Below the pieces are notes generated by a model, which did no database searches, was not told the origin of the DNA, and saw only the letters and a program-made list of their open reading frames with translations. A DNA stretch of 64,000 nucleotides, taken from the NCBI GenBank assembly GCA_963785725.1, contig CAWAWS010000005.1:192001-256000 (forward strand). The letters are read 5' to 3'. This DNA comes from an uncultured delta proteobacterium. GTDB lineage: Bacteria > Myxococcota_A > Polyangia > Palsa-1104. Shown here piece by piece: positions 30,080 to 40,266 of the stretch; positions within the stretch are counted from its first letter, which is position 1; every line of letters begins with the position of its first letter. Both the position numbers and the translations under genes were made by a program.

Positions 30080-31174
30080 TTACTTCTTAGTAAAGGCGAA
30101 GCGCGTGATGAGGTCGGGGATGCTGCCGAGCGGCGCCACTTCATCGACGGCGCCGGTGGCGATCGCCTCTTGCGGCATGCCGAAGATGACGGCCGTCTCG
30201 GGCGCCTCGGCGATGGTGCGACCGCCGGCGCTCTTGACTGAGCGGACACCGCGGCCGCCGTCGCCGCCCATGCCGGTCAAGACGATGCCCAGCAGATCGG
30301 AGCCCATCGCCAGCGCCGCCATCGTCAGCATGCGATCGACCGACGGGATATAGCGATCGTCGGGCTGCTGCGCGACGATGTCGACTTTGAGCTGCCCGTT
30401 CTCGCGCCGCACCGCCAGCGAGCCCGAGCCCGGCGCCACGAGCACGAGGCCGGTCGTCACGACGTCGCCCGGCTCGGCTTCGCGCACGTTCCACGGCGTC
30501 GTGCGATCGAGCCGCTCGGCGAACGCCTTGGTGAACTTGGCCGGCATGTGCTGCGTGATGATGATGCCCGCCGGCAAGGTCGGCTCGAGCGCCACCAAGA
30601 TGCGGTTGATCGCCGGCGGTCCGCCCGTCGAGGCGCCGATGGCGATGAGCCGGTTGGGCGCCGGACCTTCCTTGCGCGAGACCGGCGGCGGCGCGTGCAC
30701 CGGCACCACCGGAAACGTGCCCGACAGCGTGCTCTGATTGCGGCTGCGCGCCGCCCGCTCGGTCAAGCTGACCATGCGCAGCTGCGTCACGAGCCGCACT
30801 TTGGTGAGCAGCTCTTCTTTGATCGACTTGAGCTCGGGCGTGATCGTCCGCGACGGCTTGGCCACGAAGTCGAGCGCGCCCAGCTCCAGCGCCTTGAAGA
30901 CGTTCTCGCGCGTCGCGTAACCCGAAATCACCAGCACCGGCGTCGGCTGCCGCGCCATCAAGAGGCGCAGGAAGGCAAAGCCGTCCATCTTCGGCATCTC
31001 GAGATCGAGCGTGATGACGTCGGGCGTGAGCGCGAACGCCTGCTTCAAGCCCTCTTCGCCATCGGCGGCGCGACCGACGACCTGAAAGTCGGCCTGGCCT
31101 TCGAGCATGGCGGTGATCGTCTGGCGATTGAACGCCGAGTCGTCGATCACCAAGATGCGAATCGGCTTAGCCAT
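30080..31174 (-). CDS. cheB: Chemotaxis methylesterase CheB (receiver plus methylesterase)
   Basis: ITLDLEMP; GASTGGP, QHMP, LTGMGGDG, FGMP. Confidence 0.97.
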   Translation of the reverse strand: MAKPIRILVIDDSAFNRQTITAMLEGQADFQVVGRAADGEEGLKQAFALTPDVITLDLEMPKMDGFAFLRLLMARQPTPVLVISGYATRENVFKALELGALDFVAKPSRTITPELKSIKEELLTKVRLVTQLRMVSLTERAARSRNQSTLSGTFPVVPVHAPPPVSRKEGPAPNRLIAIGASTGGPPAINRILVALEPTLPAGIIITQHMPAKFTKAFAERLDRTTPWNVREAEPGDVVTTGLVLVAPGSGSLAVRRENGQLKVDIVAQQPDDRYIPSVDRMLTMAALAMGSDLLGIVLTGMGGDGGRGVRSVKSAGGRTIAEAPETAVIFGMPQEAIATGAVDEVAPLGSIPDLITRFAFTKK

Positions 31175-32027
31175 GCGCGGGCTTTCTATAAACCATATCG
31201 TTCTTCAAATGCACGAGGTCGAACGCCGTCGTCACGTTTATCAATGATTCAGAATGGCCCAATAATAGATATCCGCCACGAACCAATTTTTTATGCAGTG
31301 TGGCAATGACCTTGCGCCGCGAGATGGCATCGAAATAGATGAGCACGTTGCGACAGAAGACAACGTCGACGTCACCGACGAGCCGCATCATGGAGTCGTC
31401 GATGAGGTTGATCTGGCCGAAGCTGCACAGGGCGCGCACCTCGTCACGCACCTGTTGCTTGCCGTCGACTTCGCGAAAGTAGCGCCGCCGTAGGCGATCG
31501 TCGGTGGCGCGGAACGACGCGCGGCCGTATTGCGCTTTGCGCGCCGTGTGCAAGCAGCGACGCGAGATGTCATTGCCGAAGACGCGCACGTCCCATTCGG
31601 AGAAGAGGCCGGTCTCCATGATGAGGATGGCGATGGTGTACGCCTCTTCGCCGGACGCGCAGCCGGCCGACCAGACGCTCAAGCGTCGTCCGCGCGGCTT
31701 GTGCTGATAGAGCTCGGGCAAAATCTCGTCACGAAAGGCGTCGAGCTGATAGCTCTCGCGAAAGAAGTAGGTCTCGTTGGTGGTGACGCGGTCGACGACC
31801 TCTTCGAGCTCGGCCTTGCGCGCGCTGCCGTCGACGGAGATGAGGTAGCGATAATATTCGGCGAAGTCGGCGAGCGACAGATCGTCGAGCCGCGGCTGCA
31901 AGCGACGATGAATGATGTAGGCGTTGTCGTCGGCGAAGAAGATGCCGCAGTGCTCGTAAATGAGGTCGCGCAGGAGGCGAAACGTCTCCGGCGACAACCG
32001 GCGCTGATCGGGCAGCGCCGTCGCCAT
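31167..32027 (-). CDS. cheR: Chemotaxis methyltransferase CheR
   Basis: TTNETYFFRE, WSAGCASGEEAY, FCRNVLIYFD, LLGHSES. Confidence 0.97.
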   Translation of the reverse strand: MATALPDQRRLSPETFRLLRDLIYEHCGIFFADDNAYIIHRRLQPRLDDLSLADFAEYYRYLISVDGSARKAELEEVVDRVTTNETYFFRESYQLDAFRDEILPELYQHKPRGRRLSVWSAGCASGEEAYTIAILIMETGLFSEWDVRVFGNDISRRCLHTARKAQYGRASFRATDDRLRRRYFREVDGKQQVRDEVRALCSFGQINLIDDSMMRLVGDVDVVFCRNVLIYFDAISRRKVIATLHKKLVRGGYLLLGHSESLINVTTAFDLVHLKNDMVYRKPAHG

Positions 32028-34093
32028 TAACGCTCGCCTCCGCCGCTGCGCCCCGAGGGTCCGGCTTGCTCCAGCGCCGCTTCGATCGCCTCCAGCACCA
32101 GCGGATCGTGCTCGTGGGCGCGGCGCAGCTGCAGAATCGGCAGCGCGCCGTGATCGGCGAGGGCGAGCGCCGCTTGGCGACGAACGTCCCAGCGCGGATC
32201 GAGCAGCGCGTGCTCGAGCGCCGTCGCGGCGGCGGCGCGCGCTTCGGGCGGCGCCGTCGGCACGCGAGCGGCGAGCGCGCGCGCGGCGGCCTTGACCGTC
32301 TCGCCTTCGGGCGACTGCAGCGCGGCCAGGAGGCGTGCATCGTCTTCACGATCGTCGAGGCGCGCCAGTGACTCCAACGCCGGCGGCGTCGCGGCCGGAT
32401 CGTGCGCGTCGGCCACGCGGCGGAGCGCCGTGCGCGCCGACGGATGCGCGGCGGCGACGAGACCGAGCGCGCGCGAGGCCGCGGCCCGCAAGAGCGGCTC
32501 GCCGGCCAAGGCCACGCGCGCCAACGGCTCGGTGGCCTCGACGGCGTGATGCGCGCCCAACGCCCGGGCGGCGGCCGCGCGCACGTCGATCGATTCGTCG
32601 GCGAGCGCGAACGTCAAGGCTTCGCCGACGTCGAGGCTGGGCGGCAGCTGCGCCAGCGCCTCGGCCGCCGAGCGGCGCACGGCCGCCGAGTCGGCGCCGA
32701 GCGCCTGACGCAACAGCGGCGCATCCTCGGCGCGCCCGCAGGCGCCGAGCACGCGGCACAAGTAAGGCGCGTCGGCGCCGCCGAGACCCCGGCTCTGCAC
32801 GAGGACCCGCACTTCATCGTAGTGACGCGCGCCCAAACGGCCGAGCGCGTCGGCGGCGGCGTGCGCAATCTCCTCTTCGCCGCCGAGCGCGCGCAACAGA
32901 GGCGCCAACGCCTCGCGATCGCCCACTTCGCCGAGCGCCGTCGCCGCGGCCGCAGCCGCCTCCGGCGAATCATCGTCGAGCGCCTCGGCCAACAGCGCCT
33001 GCACGCGCGGATCGGACGCCGCCGGGCCCAGCCGCGGCAACAGCGCGTAGGCGTCGGCGCGCAAGCTCGACTCGAGGTCGGGCGCGAGCGCCGCCAAGGT
33101 CTCGGCCGCGGGCGCGCCAATCATGGCCAGCGCCTGCATCGCCGACTCGCGCAGCTCGGGATCGCCGAGCGCCAACACCAACGGCCGCGCGGCCTCCGGT
33201 CGCTTCAGCATGCCGAGCAGCAGCGCCGCGTCCCGCTGCGTGCCCAACGACGCCTCGAGCAGCGCGCCGGTCAGCGACTGGAACGCGTCACGACGGGCGG
33301 CGATATCGAGGGCCACGAGCTCGCGCCCATGCGACGGCAAGCGCCGATAGAGCTCGGCCAGCGCGCGAATGGCCGCCTCGCGCGTCGAGCGCGCCGGATC
33401 GGCGAACGCCTCGGCCAGGATGCCGAGCACCGCGCGATCGCCGGTGCGACCGAGCGCCTCGAGCGCCGCGGCGCGCAACGTCGGCGTCTTCAAGAGCGGC
33501 TCGAGCTGCGCGCGATCGAGCGAGGCGCCCAGGCGATTGAGCCCTTCGAGCGCCGCTTGCGACAGGAGCAGCTCGGCGCGCGCCAGCGCCTTGGTCAACG
33601 CCGCGCGCGCCGCCGAGCCGCCGATGTGGCCCAGCGCTTCGGCGGCGGCGACGCGCACGTTGGCGTCTTCGTCGTCGGTCAGCGGCGCCAAGGGCGCGCC
33701 CGCGCGCAGGTCGCCGATGAGGCCGAGCGCGTCGGCGATGAGCTTGCGATGCTCGGGCCGCGACGAGAGCGCCTCGATGAGCGCCGGCACCGCGTGACTT
33801 CCCAGCGCCACCAGCGATTCCACGACCGCGTTGCGCCGCCCGACGTTCTCCGGCTCGGCCAGCGCCGCCGCCAACACCGACGACGCGCCTTCGGGATCGT
33901 GCCACGCCGCCGCGCGCGCCGCCGCTTCCTTGCGCACGCGCCAGCTCGTGTCGCCCATCGCCTCGACGAGGAACTCGAGCGCGGCCGCCGCTTCGCGCGC
34001 GTCGGCCGGCGGCCCGAGCCGCGCCACGGCCGCACGCCGCAGCTCCTCCTCGTCGCTGCGCAGGCTGTCGCGCGCTTCGGCCAAGGTAATCAT
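32027..34093 (-). CDS. HEAT/PBS-lyase repeat protein
   Basis: Repeated D....VR.AAAEALG units; true start MITLAEAR at 34093 overlaps the upstream stop (ATGA). Confidence 0.88.
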   Translation of the reverse strand: MITLAEARDSLRSDEEELRRAAVARLGPPADAREAAAALEFLVEAMGDTSWRVRKEAAARAAAWHDPEGASSVLAAALAEPENVGRRNAVVESLVALGSHAVPALIEALSSRPEHRKLIADALGLIGDLRAGAPLAPLTDDEDANVRVAAAEALGHIGGSAARAALTKALARAELLLSQAALEGLNRLGASLDRAQLEPLLKTPTLRAAALEALGRTGDRAVLGILAEAFADPARSTREAAIRALAELYRRLPSHGRELVALDIAARRDAFQSLTGALLEASLGTQRDAALLLGMLKRPEAARPLVLALGDPELRESAMQALAMIGAPAAETLAALAPDLESSLRADAYALLPRLGPAASDPRVQALLAEALDDDSPEAAAAAATALGEVGDREALAPLLRALGGEEEIAHAAADALGRLGARHYDEVRVLVQSRGLGGADAPYLCRVLGACGRAEDAPLLRQALGADSAAVRRSAAEALAQLPPSLDVGEALTFALADESIDVRAAAARALGAHHAVEATEPLARVALAGEPLLRAAASRALGLVAAAHPSARTALRRVADAHDPAATPPALESLARLDDREDDARLLAALQSPEGETVKAAARALAARVPTAPPEARAAAATALEHALLDPRWDVRRQAALALADHGALPILQLRRAHEHDPLVLEAIEAALEQAGPSGRSGGGER

Positions 34094-34882
34094 GTGCCGA
34101 CTCCGGCGCGGCGCTTTTGCCGTAAGGCGGCGAGCGCCTCGCTGATGAAATCGCGCGTGCGGCGAACTTCCTCGGGCACGCGCAGAATCGAACAAGAGGC
34201 GGCCCTCTTCCAGATCGATGCGCAAGCGCGCCTCCAACTCGTCGGTGTGGCCGTGATGATCGGCGGCGTCGAGCGCGTCGCCGTTGTAGAGCGCGATGTC
34301 CGAGACGATGAGCCAGGCCAGCCGCTGCGCCCGCTCGACGACGGCCGCGGCGTTGGCGAGCGTCGCGCCCGTCGACACGCCACCCGGCGGCGTCGGGCTG
34401 CGATCGGTCGGCTCGCGGCCCACGAGCGACAAGCGCCGCTCGCCGGCGTCGCGAATCTTGCGGCTGTCCTCGCTCTCGACGTGCGCCACCGGCGGCTCGA
34501 GGTGCTTCGGCGCCAGGCCCACGAGCCGCTCCAGCTTCGGCAGCAGCTGATCGGGAATATGATGCTGCTCGACGTAATCATCGGCGCCGTACAGCGACGT
34601 CGGCCGCCGCTTGTAGCCGGTGCGATTGTAGATCGAGGCCACGAGCACGACCGCCGGCGCCATCGGCAAACGCTTGGCCTCCTCGACGATTTCGTAGGCG
34701 TGCACTTCGGGCAAGGCGACGTCGAGCACCAGCGCCGCCGGCCCGAGCTGCAATTCGCCGCGCAGCGCGCGCCCGCCGCCGACCGAGCGCACGCGATAGC
34801 CGGCCTCGGCCACTTGATGGCTGATGGCCTCACGAATCGTCTCCGACTCGTGCGCGATGACGATGAGCGGCGCCTCAGCCAC
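34090..34882 (-). CDS. Atypical receiver-domain protein with C-terminal helical domain; frameshift at about 34190
   Basis: IVIAHES...LVLDVALP...GADDYVEQ; AQRLAWLIVSDIALYN; continues in another frame as LRVPEEVRRTRDFISEAL to a stop at 34090. Confidence 0.78.
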
Positions 34883-35387
34883 GCGCCATCCCCGACAAGA
34901 CCTGCTTCTCGTTCGTCGACAGCAGCGCGTCCACGTCGAGCACCATCAGCATGCGCCCTTGATGATGGACCACACCGTTGAAGTAGGCGCGCTCCGCCGT
35001 CGTCAGCTGCGGCGCGCCTTTGATCTCGCTCTTCGGCACGCGCAGCGGCTCCGACACGCGGTCGACCACTAGCCCGACGATCATGCGCGTCTCACCCACG
35101 TCGATGCCGACGATGAGGAACTTCATGGCCCGCACCGGCGGCGACGGCGGCAGATCGAACCGCTTGCGCACGTCGACGACCGGCAAGATGGCGCCGCGCA
35201 GCTCGATGACGCCTTCGATGAAATGCGGCGCCTTCGGAATCGGCGTCACCGCCACCGGATTGATGATCTCCTTGATGCGCATGATGTCGAGCGCGTACTC
35301 GCCCGGGCCGACGCCGAACGCCACCAGCTGCGCCAGCTCGATGCGCGGCGCGGCGCGGGCCCGCGGATCGCCGAGGCCGCCCTTCAT
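34875..35387 (-). CDS. cheW: CheW adaptor
   Basis: LVAFGVGPGEYALDIMRIKEII, IEGVIELRGAILPVVD, GLVVDRV. Confidence 0.93.
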   Translation of the reverse strand: MKGGLGDPRARAAPRIELAQLVAFGVGPGEYALDIMRIKEIINPVAVTPIPKAPHFIEGVIELRGAILPVVDVRKRFDLPPSPPVRAMKFLIVGIDVGETRMIVGLVVDRVSEPLRVPKSEIKGAPQLTTAERAYFNGVVHHQGRMLMVLDVDALLSTNEKQVLSGMARG

Positions 35388-35929
35388 CGCCGCACCTCGA
35401 AGCCGAGCACGGCGTCGAGTGATAAAAGTATCACCAACCGCTCGGGCGCGCCCGGCTCGCCCGCGTCGTGCCGCCCGATGCCCGACAAGAACGGCGCCTC
35501 CGACGGTGACAGCGACGGCGGCGGCGGCTCGATCTCGTTGTCGGCGAAGCGCACCACGTCGCGCACGGCATCGACGAGCAGCCCGAAGCGCTCGTTGTTG
35601 TGCATGACGACGAGGATGCGCGCCTCGCGCGTCAACGGCTGCGCCTCCAGCCGCAAGCGCAGCCGCAGGTCGACGATCGGCATCACCATGCCGCGCACCG
35701 TCAAGATGCCGAGCAGAAAGCGCGGCGCGCGCGGCACTTCGGTGATCTCGCGCGGCTTGATGATCTCGCGAATGGCCAAGATCTCGATGCCGTAAGTCTC
35801 GCCGCCGGCCAAGAACGTCAAGACGCCGCGACGTTGCTGCGCGCGCCGATCGTCGGCGCGACGGAGATAGGTCTCCTCGGTGGCGAACGGCCCGGCGAGC
35901 GCGCGCTGGCTGACGCCCGGCCCGGCCAT
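35384..35929 (-). CDS. cheW: CheW adaptor
   Basis: LTFLAGGETYGIEILAIREII, LGILTVRGMVMPIVDL, GLLVDAV. Confidence 0.93.
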   Translation of the reverse strand: MAGPGVSQRALAGPFATEETYLRRADDRRAQQRRGVLTFLAGGETYGIEILAIREIIKPREITEVPRAPRFLLGILTVRGMVMPIVDLRLRLRLEAQPLTREARILVVMHNNERFGLLVDAVRDVVRFADNEIEPPPPSLSPSEAPFLSGIGRHDAGEPGAPERLVILLSLDAVLGFEVRR

Positions 35930-38091
35930 TACGCGGCCTCCACGGCGCCGACGGCCTCTTCGACGATCTGCGCCACGTCGAGCACGAGCACTGTCTTTTT
36001 GCCGCCGAGCTCGGTGGCGCCGGCGACGCCGTTGACCTTCGACAGCGCGCGCCCGAGCGACTTGATGACGATGTCCTGCTGCCCGAGCAGCTCGTCGACC
36101 AAGAGGCCGATGCGATGCTGCGCCAGCCCGACGACGACGACGAACTGCTTCGACGGCACGCCCTCCAAGTTCTCGCGCTCCAGCCGAAACATGCGCTCGA
36201 GCCGCGCCAAGCGGCAGCGTCTGCCCGCGCAGGCTCATGACCTCGCGCCGCTCGATGAGCCGCACGTCCTTTTGCGTCACGCGCAGCGCACTCGAGCACG
36301 CTGTTGAGCGGCACCGCGAAGGTGCGCCCGGCGGCGCGAATGATGAGCGCCTGAATGATCGCCAGCGTAATCGGCAAGGTGATCGTCAGCCGCGTGCCGA
36401 TGCCCGACTCCGACTCGACGTCGATGATGCCCGACAGGCGCGCGATGTTCGTCTTGACCACGTCCATGCCGACGCCGCGACCGCTCAATTCGTCGGCGGT
36501 GTCCTTCGTGCTCAAGCCGGGCAGGAACATCAGGTTGAAGACTTCGCGGCGACCGAGCTCGCGCGCCAGGTTCTCGTCGATGAGCCCGCGCTCGATGGCG
36601 CGGCGCACCAACTTGCGCTCGTCGATGCCGGCGCCGTCGTCCTCGATCTGGATGACGACGTGATTGCCGCGCTGCTCGGCGCGAATGCTGATGGTGCCGA
36701 TCTCCGGCTTGCCCGCCTTGACGCGCTCGGCCGGCTTCTCGATGCCGTGATCGATGCAGTTGCGCATGACGTGCATCAGCGGATCGGACAGCTCCTCGAC
36801 GATCAGCTTGTCGAGCTCGGTGTCGGCGCCGGAGATGCCGAGGCGGATCTCCTTGCCGGCGTCGCGCGAGATCTTGCGCACGACGCGCGACAGCTTGTCG
36901 AAGATCTGCCCCAGCGGCACCATGCGCACTTCGAGGATTCCCGCTTGCAGCTCGTCGAGCTTGCGGCTCAGCGAACGCAGCTCGTGGTGCAGGTCGCGGG
37001 CGAGCTTCGTCTGCGAGCGGTCGGCTTTGACGCGGTCGAGGATCTGCGTCAGCCCGGCGCGCGCGATGCCCAGCTCGCCCACGATGTTCATCAGGTGGTC
37101 GAGCTTGCGAATGTCGACGCGCACCGTCTGCGACACCGACTTGAGCGTCAGCTCGTCGTCATCGCGATCGACGCGGCGCACTTTGTCGGCTTCGCCGGCG
37201 CCGGCCACCGCGCGCCCCGAATCCGACGTATCGGCCGCCGCGCGCGGCGCATCGTCGTGCCCGCGCTCGGCCCGCTCGCCGCGCTCGCCGCTGCGCGTTC
37301 GGCGCTACGCGGCGACGACGGCGGCGCCGTCGCCTTCTTCGGCATCAGCACGCGCGCTCGTGCTCGTGCCGGCCGAGCGCGCGCTCGACCTCGTCGAGCG
37401 GCGCCTGCGCGCCCAAGATGACGTCGAGCTCGATCTGCTGATCGTTCGCCGCCTCCGCCGACGGCAAATAGGTGATCACTTCGCCGATCGGCTTCAAGCG
37501 CGACTTGAGATCGTCGAGCCCTTTGTCGATCGTCATCAAGTCGAACGCCGCATGAATGCGATAGAGCGCGCGGCCCGACTTGATGTTCTCGCGCAGCCGG
37601 TGCTCTTCGTACTCCGTCAGCACCGACAGCAGCGACGCGTCCAGCTCCCAGCCGCCCCACGGCGACGCTTCCGCCGGCGCTTCCTTCTTGAGCGCCACGC
37701 GATCGAGCCGCGCGATCAGATCCTCGACGAGGTTCGCCTCTTCGCCGCCGCCGCCGCCCGCCGTCTCGCCGACGATCTTGTGGAAGAGGCCAACCGCTTC
37801 GAACAGCAGATCGAGCGTCGCCGGCTGCAATTCGACGCGCCCGAGCCGCAAGCTGTCGAGCAGGTTCTCGAGGTTGTGCGACAGGTTCGTCATGCGCGTC
37901 ACGCCGAACAGGCCCGACAGCCCCTTCAGCGAATGGACGGCGCGGAACGCGTCGTTGATGACCTCGGGATCGAACGAGCCTTGCGCGCGCTGCTCGTCGA
38001 GCATGAGCAGATCGCGATTGAACGCCTCGACGATCTCCTGCGCTTCGGAGAGGAACTCCTGCAGCGCTTTGTCGGTCGGCGACTCAGACAT
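35929..38091 (-). CDS. cheA: Chemotaxis histidine kinase CheA, several frameshifts
   Basis: HPt FRAVHSLKG; TVRVDIRKLD; HVMRNCIDHG; DDGAG; SGRGVGMDVV; C-terminal CheW domain; pieces lie in different frames (breaks at about 37350-37250, 36290, 36210). Confidence 0.93.
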
Positions 38092-38464
38092 TCAGGAGGT
38101 TGCGCACCGCCGCCAGGAGCTGCTCGGGCGCGAACGGCTTGGTCAGATAATCGTTGGCGCCGAGCTTCATGCCGCGGTCGCGGTCCGCGTCACGCCCGTC
38201 GGTGGAGATGATGATGAGCGGCGTCGTCTTGTGCTGCTCCGAGTCGCGTATGAAGCGCACCAGCTCGAGCCCGTTGATGTCGGGCATGTTGATATCGGTG
38301 ATGATGAGATCGAAGCGGGTTCGCGGCAGCACCTTGAGCGCGTGGAAGCCGCTCTCGGCTTGCGTGACGTTGTAGGGGCCGGCCGATTCGAGGGCGGCGG
38401 TGACGAAGCCGCGCATCGTGGCGGAATCCTCCACCACCAGCACGCGCTGACGCGAGTCTGACAT
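38084..38464 (-). CDS. cheY: Single-domain response regulator (CheY-like)
   Basis: VVEDS, IITDINMP, IIST, YLTKP. Confidence 0.9.
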   Translation of the reverse strand: MSDSRQRVLVVEDSATMRGFVTAALESAGPYNVTQAESGFHALKVLPRTRFDLIITDINMPDINGLELVRFIRDSEQHKTTPLIIISTDGRDADRDRGMKLGANDYLTKPFAPEQLLAAVRNLLNV

Positions 38465-38510
38465 CCCCGTTATCGTAGCTGATTTAAGCGACGCTTACGA
38501 GTTCTCGTGG

Positions 38511-38844
38511 AACGAGGGCTGCGCTGGGCTTACACCGTGGGTGTGGAGGGCACCTTGCTGCGCTGCTCGCGCGGAGGCTAAGTGATGAGGAACCGGGGCG
38601 GTTGTCCGGGTCCTGTCGCCGCATACCTTCTTGTCCGTGCTCGCTACGCGCCCAGTGCGCGAGCGGTGGTGCTGTCGCTTATAAGGGTGTGGTGTGAGAC
38701 GGGCGGTGCGCGATCGAGAGGCGCTCCGGCTGCGCGCGGACAAGAAGGTACGCGACGCCACCCGGACTTGGGTCTCGGAGCGGCTCCTCGTCGCTTAGCG
38801 GGGGAAATGGGTGGCAGACGCTGAGTGGACGAACGCCCCTCGTT
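38511..38844. repeat. Long imperfect inverted repeat (fold-back element)
   Basis: Arms at about 38577-38640 and 38733-38799 pair in three blocks, e.g. TACCTTCTTGTCCG / CGGACAAGAAGGTA; outer AACGAGGG / CCCTCGTT. Confidence 0.8.
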
Positions 38845-38848
38845 GGGA

Positions 38849-39337
38849 TTAGCGGCGGGCGAGGTCGGCGGCTTCTTTTTGGCCGGCTAGGGATTCGACG
38901 ACCAGGAAGTCGAAGTGGCCGGGGGTGGCTTCCAGGTAGATTTCGAGGGCGCGGCGGGCGGAGAGGCGGCCGGTCGAGCGGCCGGGGGGAACGAGCGCGT
39001 AACGCGAGGGGGTCAGGCGGTGCACCTTGTCGGCGATTTGGGCGCTGGCTTTGCGCGCGGTCGGCTCGTCGAAGAGGGATACGGGGCCGAGGCCGAAGAG
39101 AAAGAGGCGCGCGAATGGCAGGCGCTTGCCCGGCGGATAAAGCGTGGCCTCGCCGGCGGCACCGGAGACGCGACCGGCTTGCAGCATGCGCGAGAGGCGA
39201 CCGCACAAGCGCCAGTCGCACAGGCCGGCGGCGCCGCGCAGCGGGCGTTCGTCGCTGAAGAATGGCAGCACGAGGGTCTCTGGCGCGCCTTCGAGCTGGT
39301 CCCACTTGCCCAGATCGCTCGCCAGAAACGAGATCAT
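38849..39337 (-). CDS. Stand-alone leucyl aminopeptidase (M17) N-terminal-like domain protein
   Basis: [21 protein letters not shown]...GEATL...LFLFGLG; no catalytic domain. Confidence 0.75.
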   Translation of the reverse strand: MISFLASDLGKWDQLEGAPETLVLPFFSDERPLRGAAGLCDWRLCGRLSRMLQAGRVSGAAGEATLYPPGKRLPFARLFLFGLGPVSLFDEPTARKASAQIADKVHRLTPSRYALVPPGRSTGRLSARRALEIYLEATPGHFDFLVVESLAGQKEAADLARR

Positions 39338-39780
39338 TTCTTGCCGAGCTCCTCGCGGCAGCGGTCGAGGATGCCGTTGACGAACGCCGGCGACTCGTTG
39401 GTGCCGAAGCGCTTGGCGATCTCGATCGCCTCGTTGATGGCGACCTTGGGCGGCACGTCGGCGGCGTACTTCAGCTCGTAGACCGCGAGGCGCAAGAGGT
39501 TGCGGTCGACGCGCGCCATGCGCTCGAGTCGCCAGTTGCGCGACGCCGATTGCAGGTGCGCGTCGATCTCGGCCAGGTTGCTGCGCACGCCGTGGACGAG
39601 CGTCTCGGCGAACGGGCGCGCTTCGCCGACGTCGGCCGCGGCCACCGCTTCGTCGTCGGCCGCCGACTGGAAGTTGTGCCAGAACAGCGCCGCCGCCTGG
39701 TCGTCGCTCATCTGCGGCTGCACGTCGAGCTGATACAAGATCTGCAGTGCAAACTCGCGCGCGCGACGGCGCGTCCCCAT
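39334..39780 (-). CDS. nusB: Transcription antitermination factor NusB
   Basis: [48 protein letters not shown]. Confidence 0.96.
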   Translation of the reverse strand: MGTRRRAREFALQILYQLDVQPQMSDDQAAALFWHNFQSAADDEAVAAADVGEARPFAETLVHGVRSNLAEIDAHLQSASRNWRLERMARVDRNLLRLAVYELKYAADVPPKVAINEAIEIAKRFGTNESPAFVNGILDRCREELGKK

Positions 39781-39785
39781 CGCGG

Positions 39786-40266
39786 TCACCGTTTTTGACC
39801 GTCGAGCTGCTGATAGAGCGAGGCCATCTCCAGCGCCGCCAGGGCCGCGTCGATGCCTTTGTTGCCCGCCTTGGTGCCCGCGCGCTCGACCGCCTGCTCG
39901 ATGTTCTCGGTCGTCAGCACGCCGAAGATGACGGGAATCTTCGCGCTCATGGCCACTTCGGCGATGCCGTACGCGGCGTGGCCGGCCACGTAATCGTAGT
40001 GCGTCGTGGCGCCGCGAATGACGCAGCCGAGGCAGACGATGGCGTCGTACGCCGCCGTCTCGACCAGCCGCTTGGCCAGCTGCGGAATCTCGAACGCGCC
40101 CGGGCAGTGGCACGATCGTGATGTCACCATCGGCGACGCCGTGGCGCACGAGCGCGTCGACGGCGCCCTCGACCAAGCGGTCGACGATGAAGTGGTTGAA
40201 GCGAGCCGCCACGACGGCCACTTTGAGACCGCGCGCCGTGAGCGTGCCGTCGATCGAGCGCGGCAT
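39786..40266 (-). CDS. ribH: 6,7-dimethyl-8-ribityllumazine synthase, frameshift at about 40112
   Basis: ARFNHFIV, then [37 protein letters not shown]. Confidence 0.95.

Noticed and set aside
32027..34882. 951-aa receiver-HEAT fusion protein in the ORF track
   Set aside because: A frameshift near 34190 bypasses the receiver gene's natural stop at 34090, which overlaps the HEAT start (ATGA); these are two genes
34875..37208. 777-aa CheA-CheW fusion and the 35384-36280 extended CheW
   Set aside because: Both contain off-frame Arg/Ser-rich sequence between real domains, caused by cheA indels; the separate cheW starts show normal stop-start overlaps
39334..40266. RibH-NusB fusion
   Set aside because: Artefact of the ribH frameshift; ribH stops at 39786 and nusB starts at 39780
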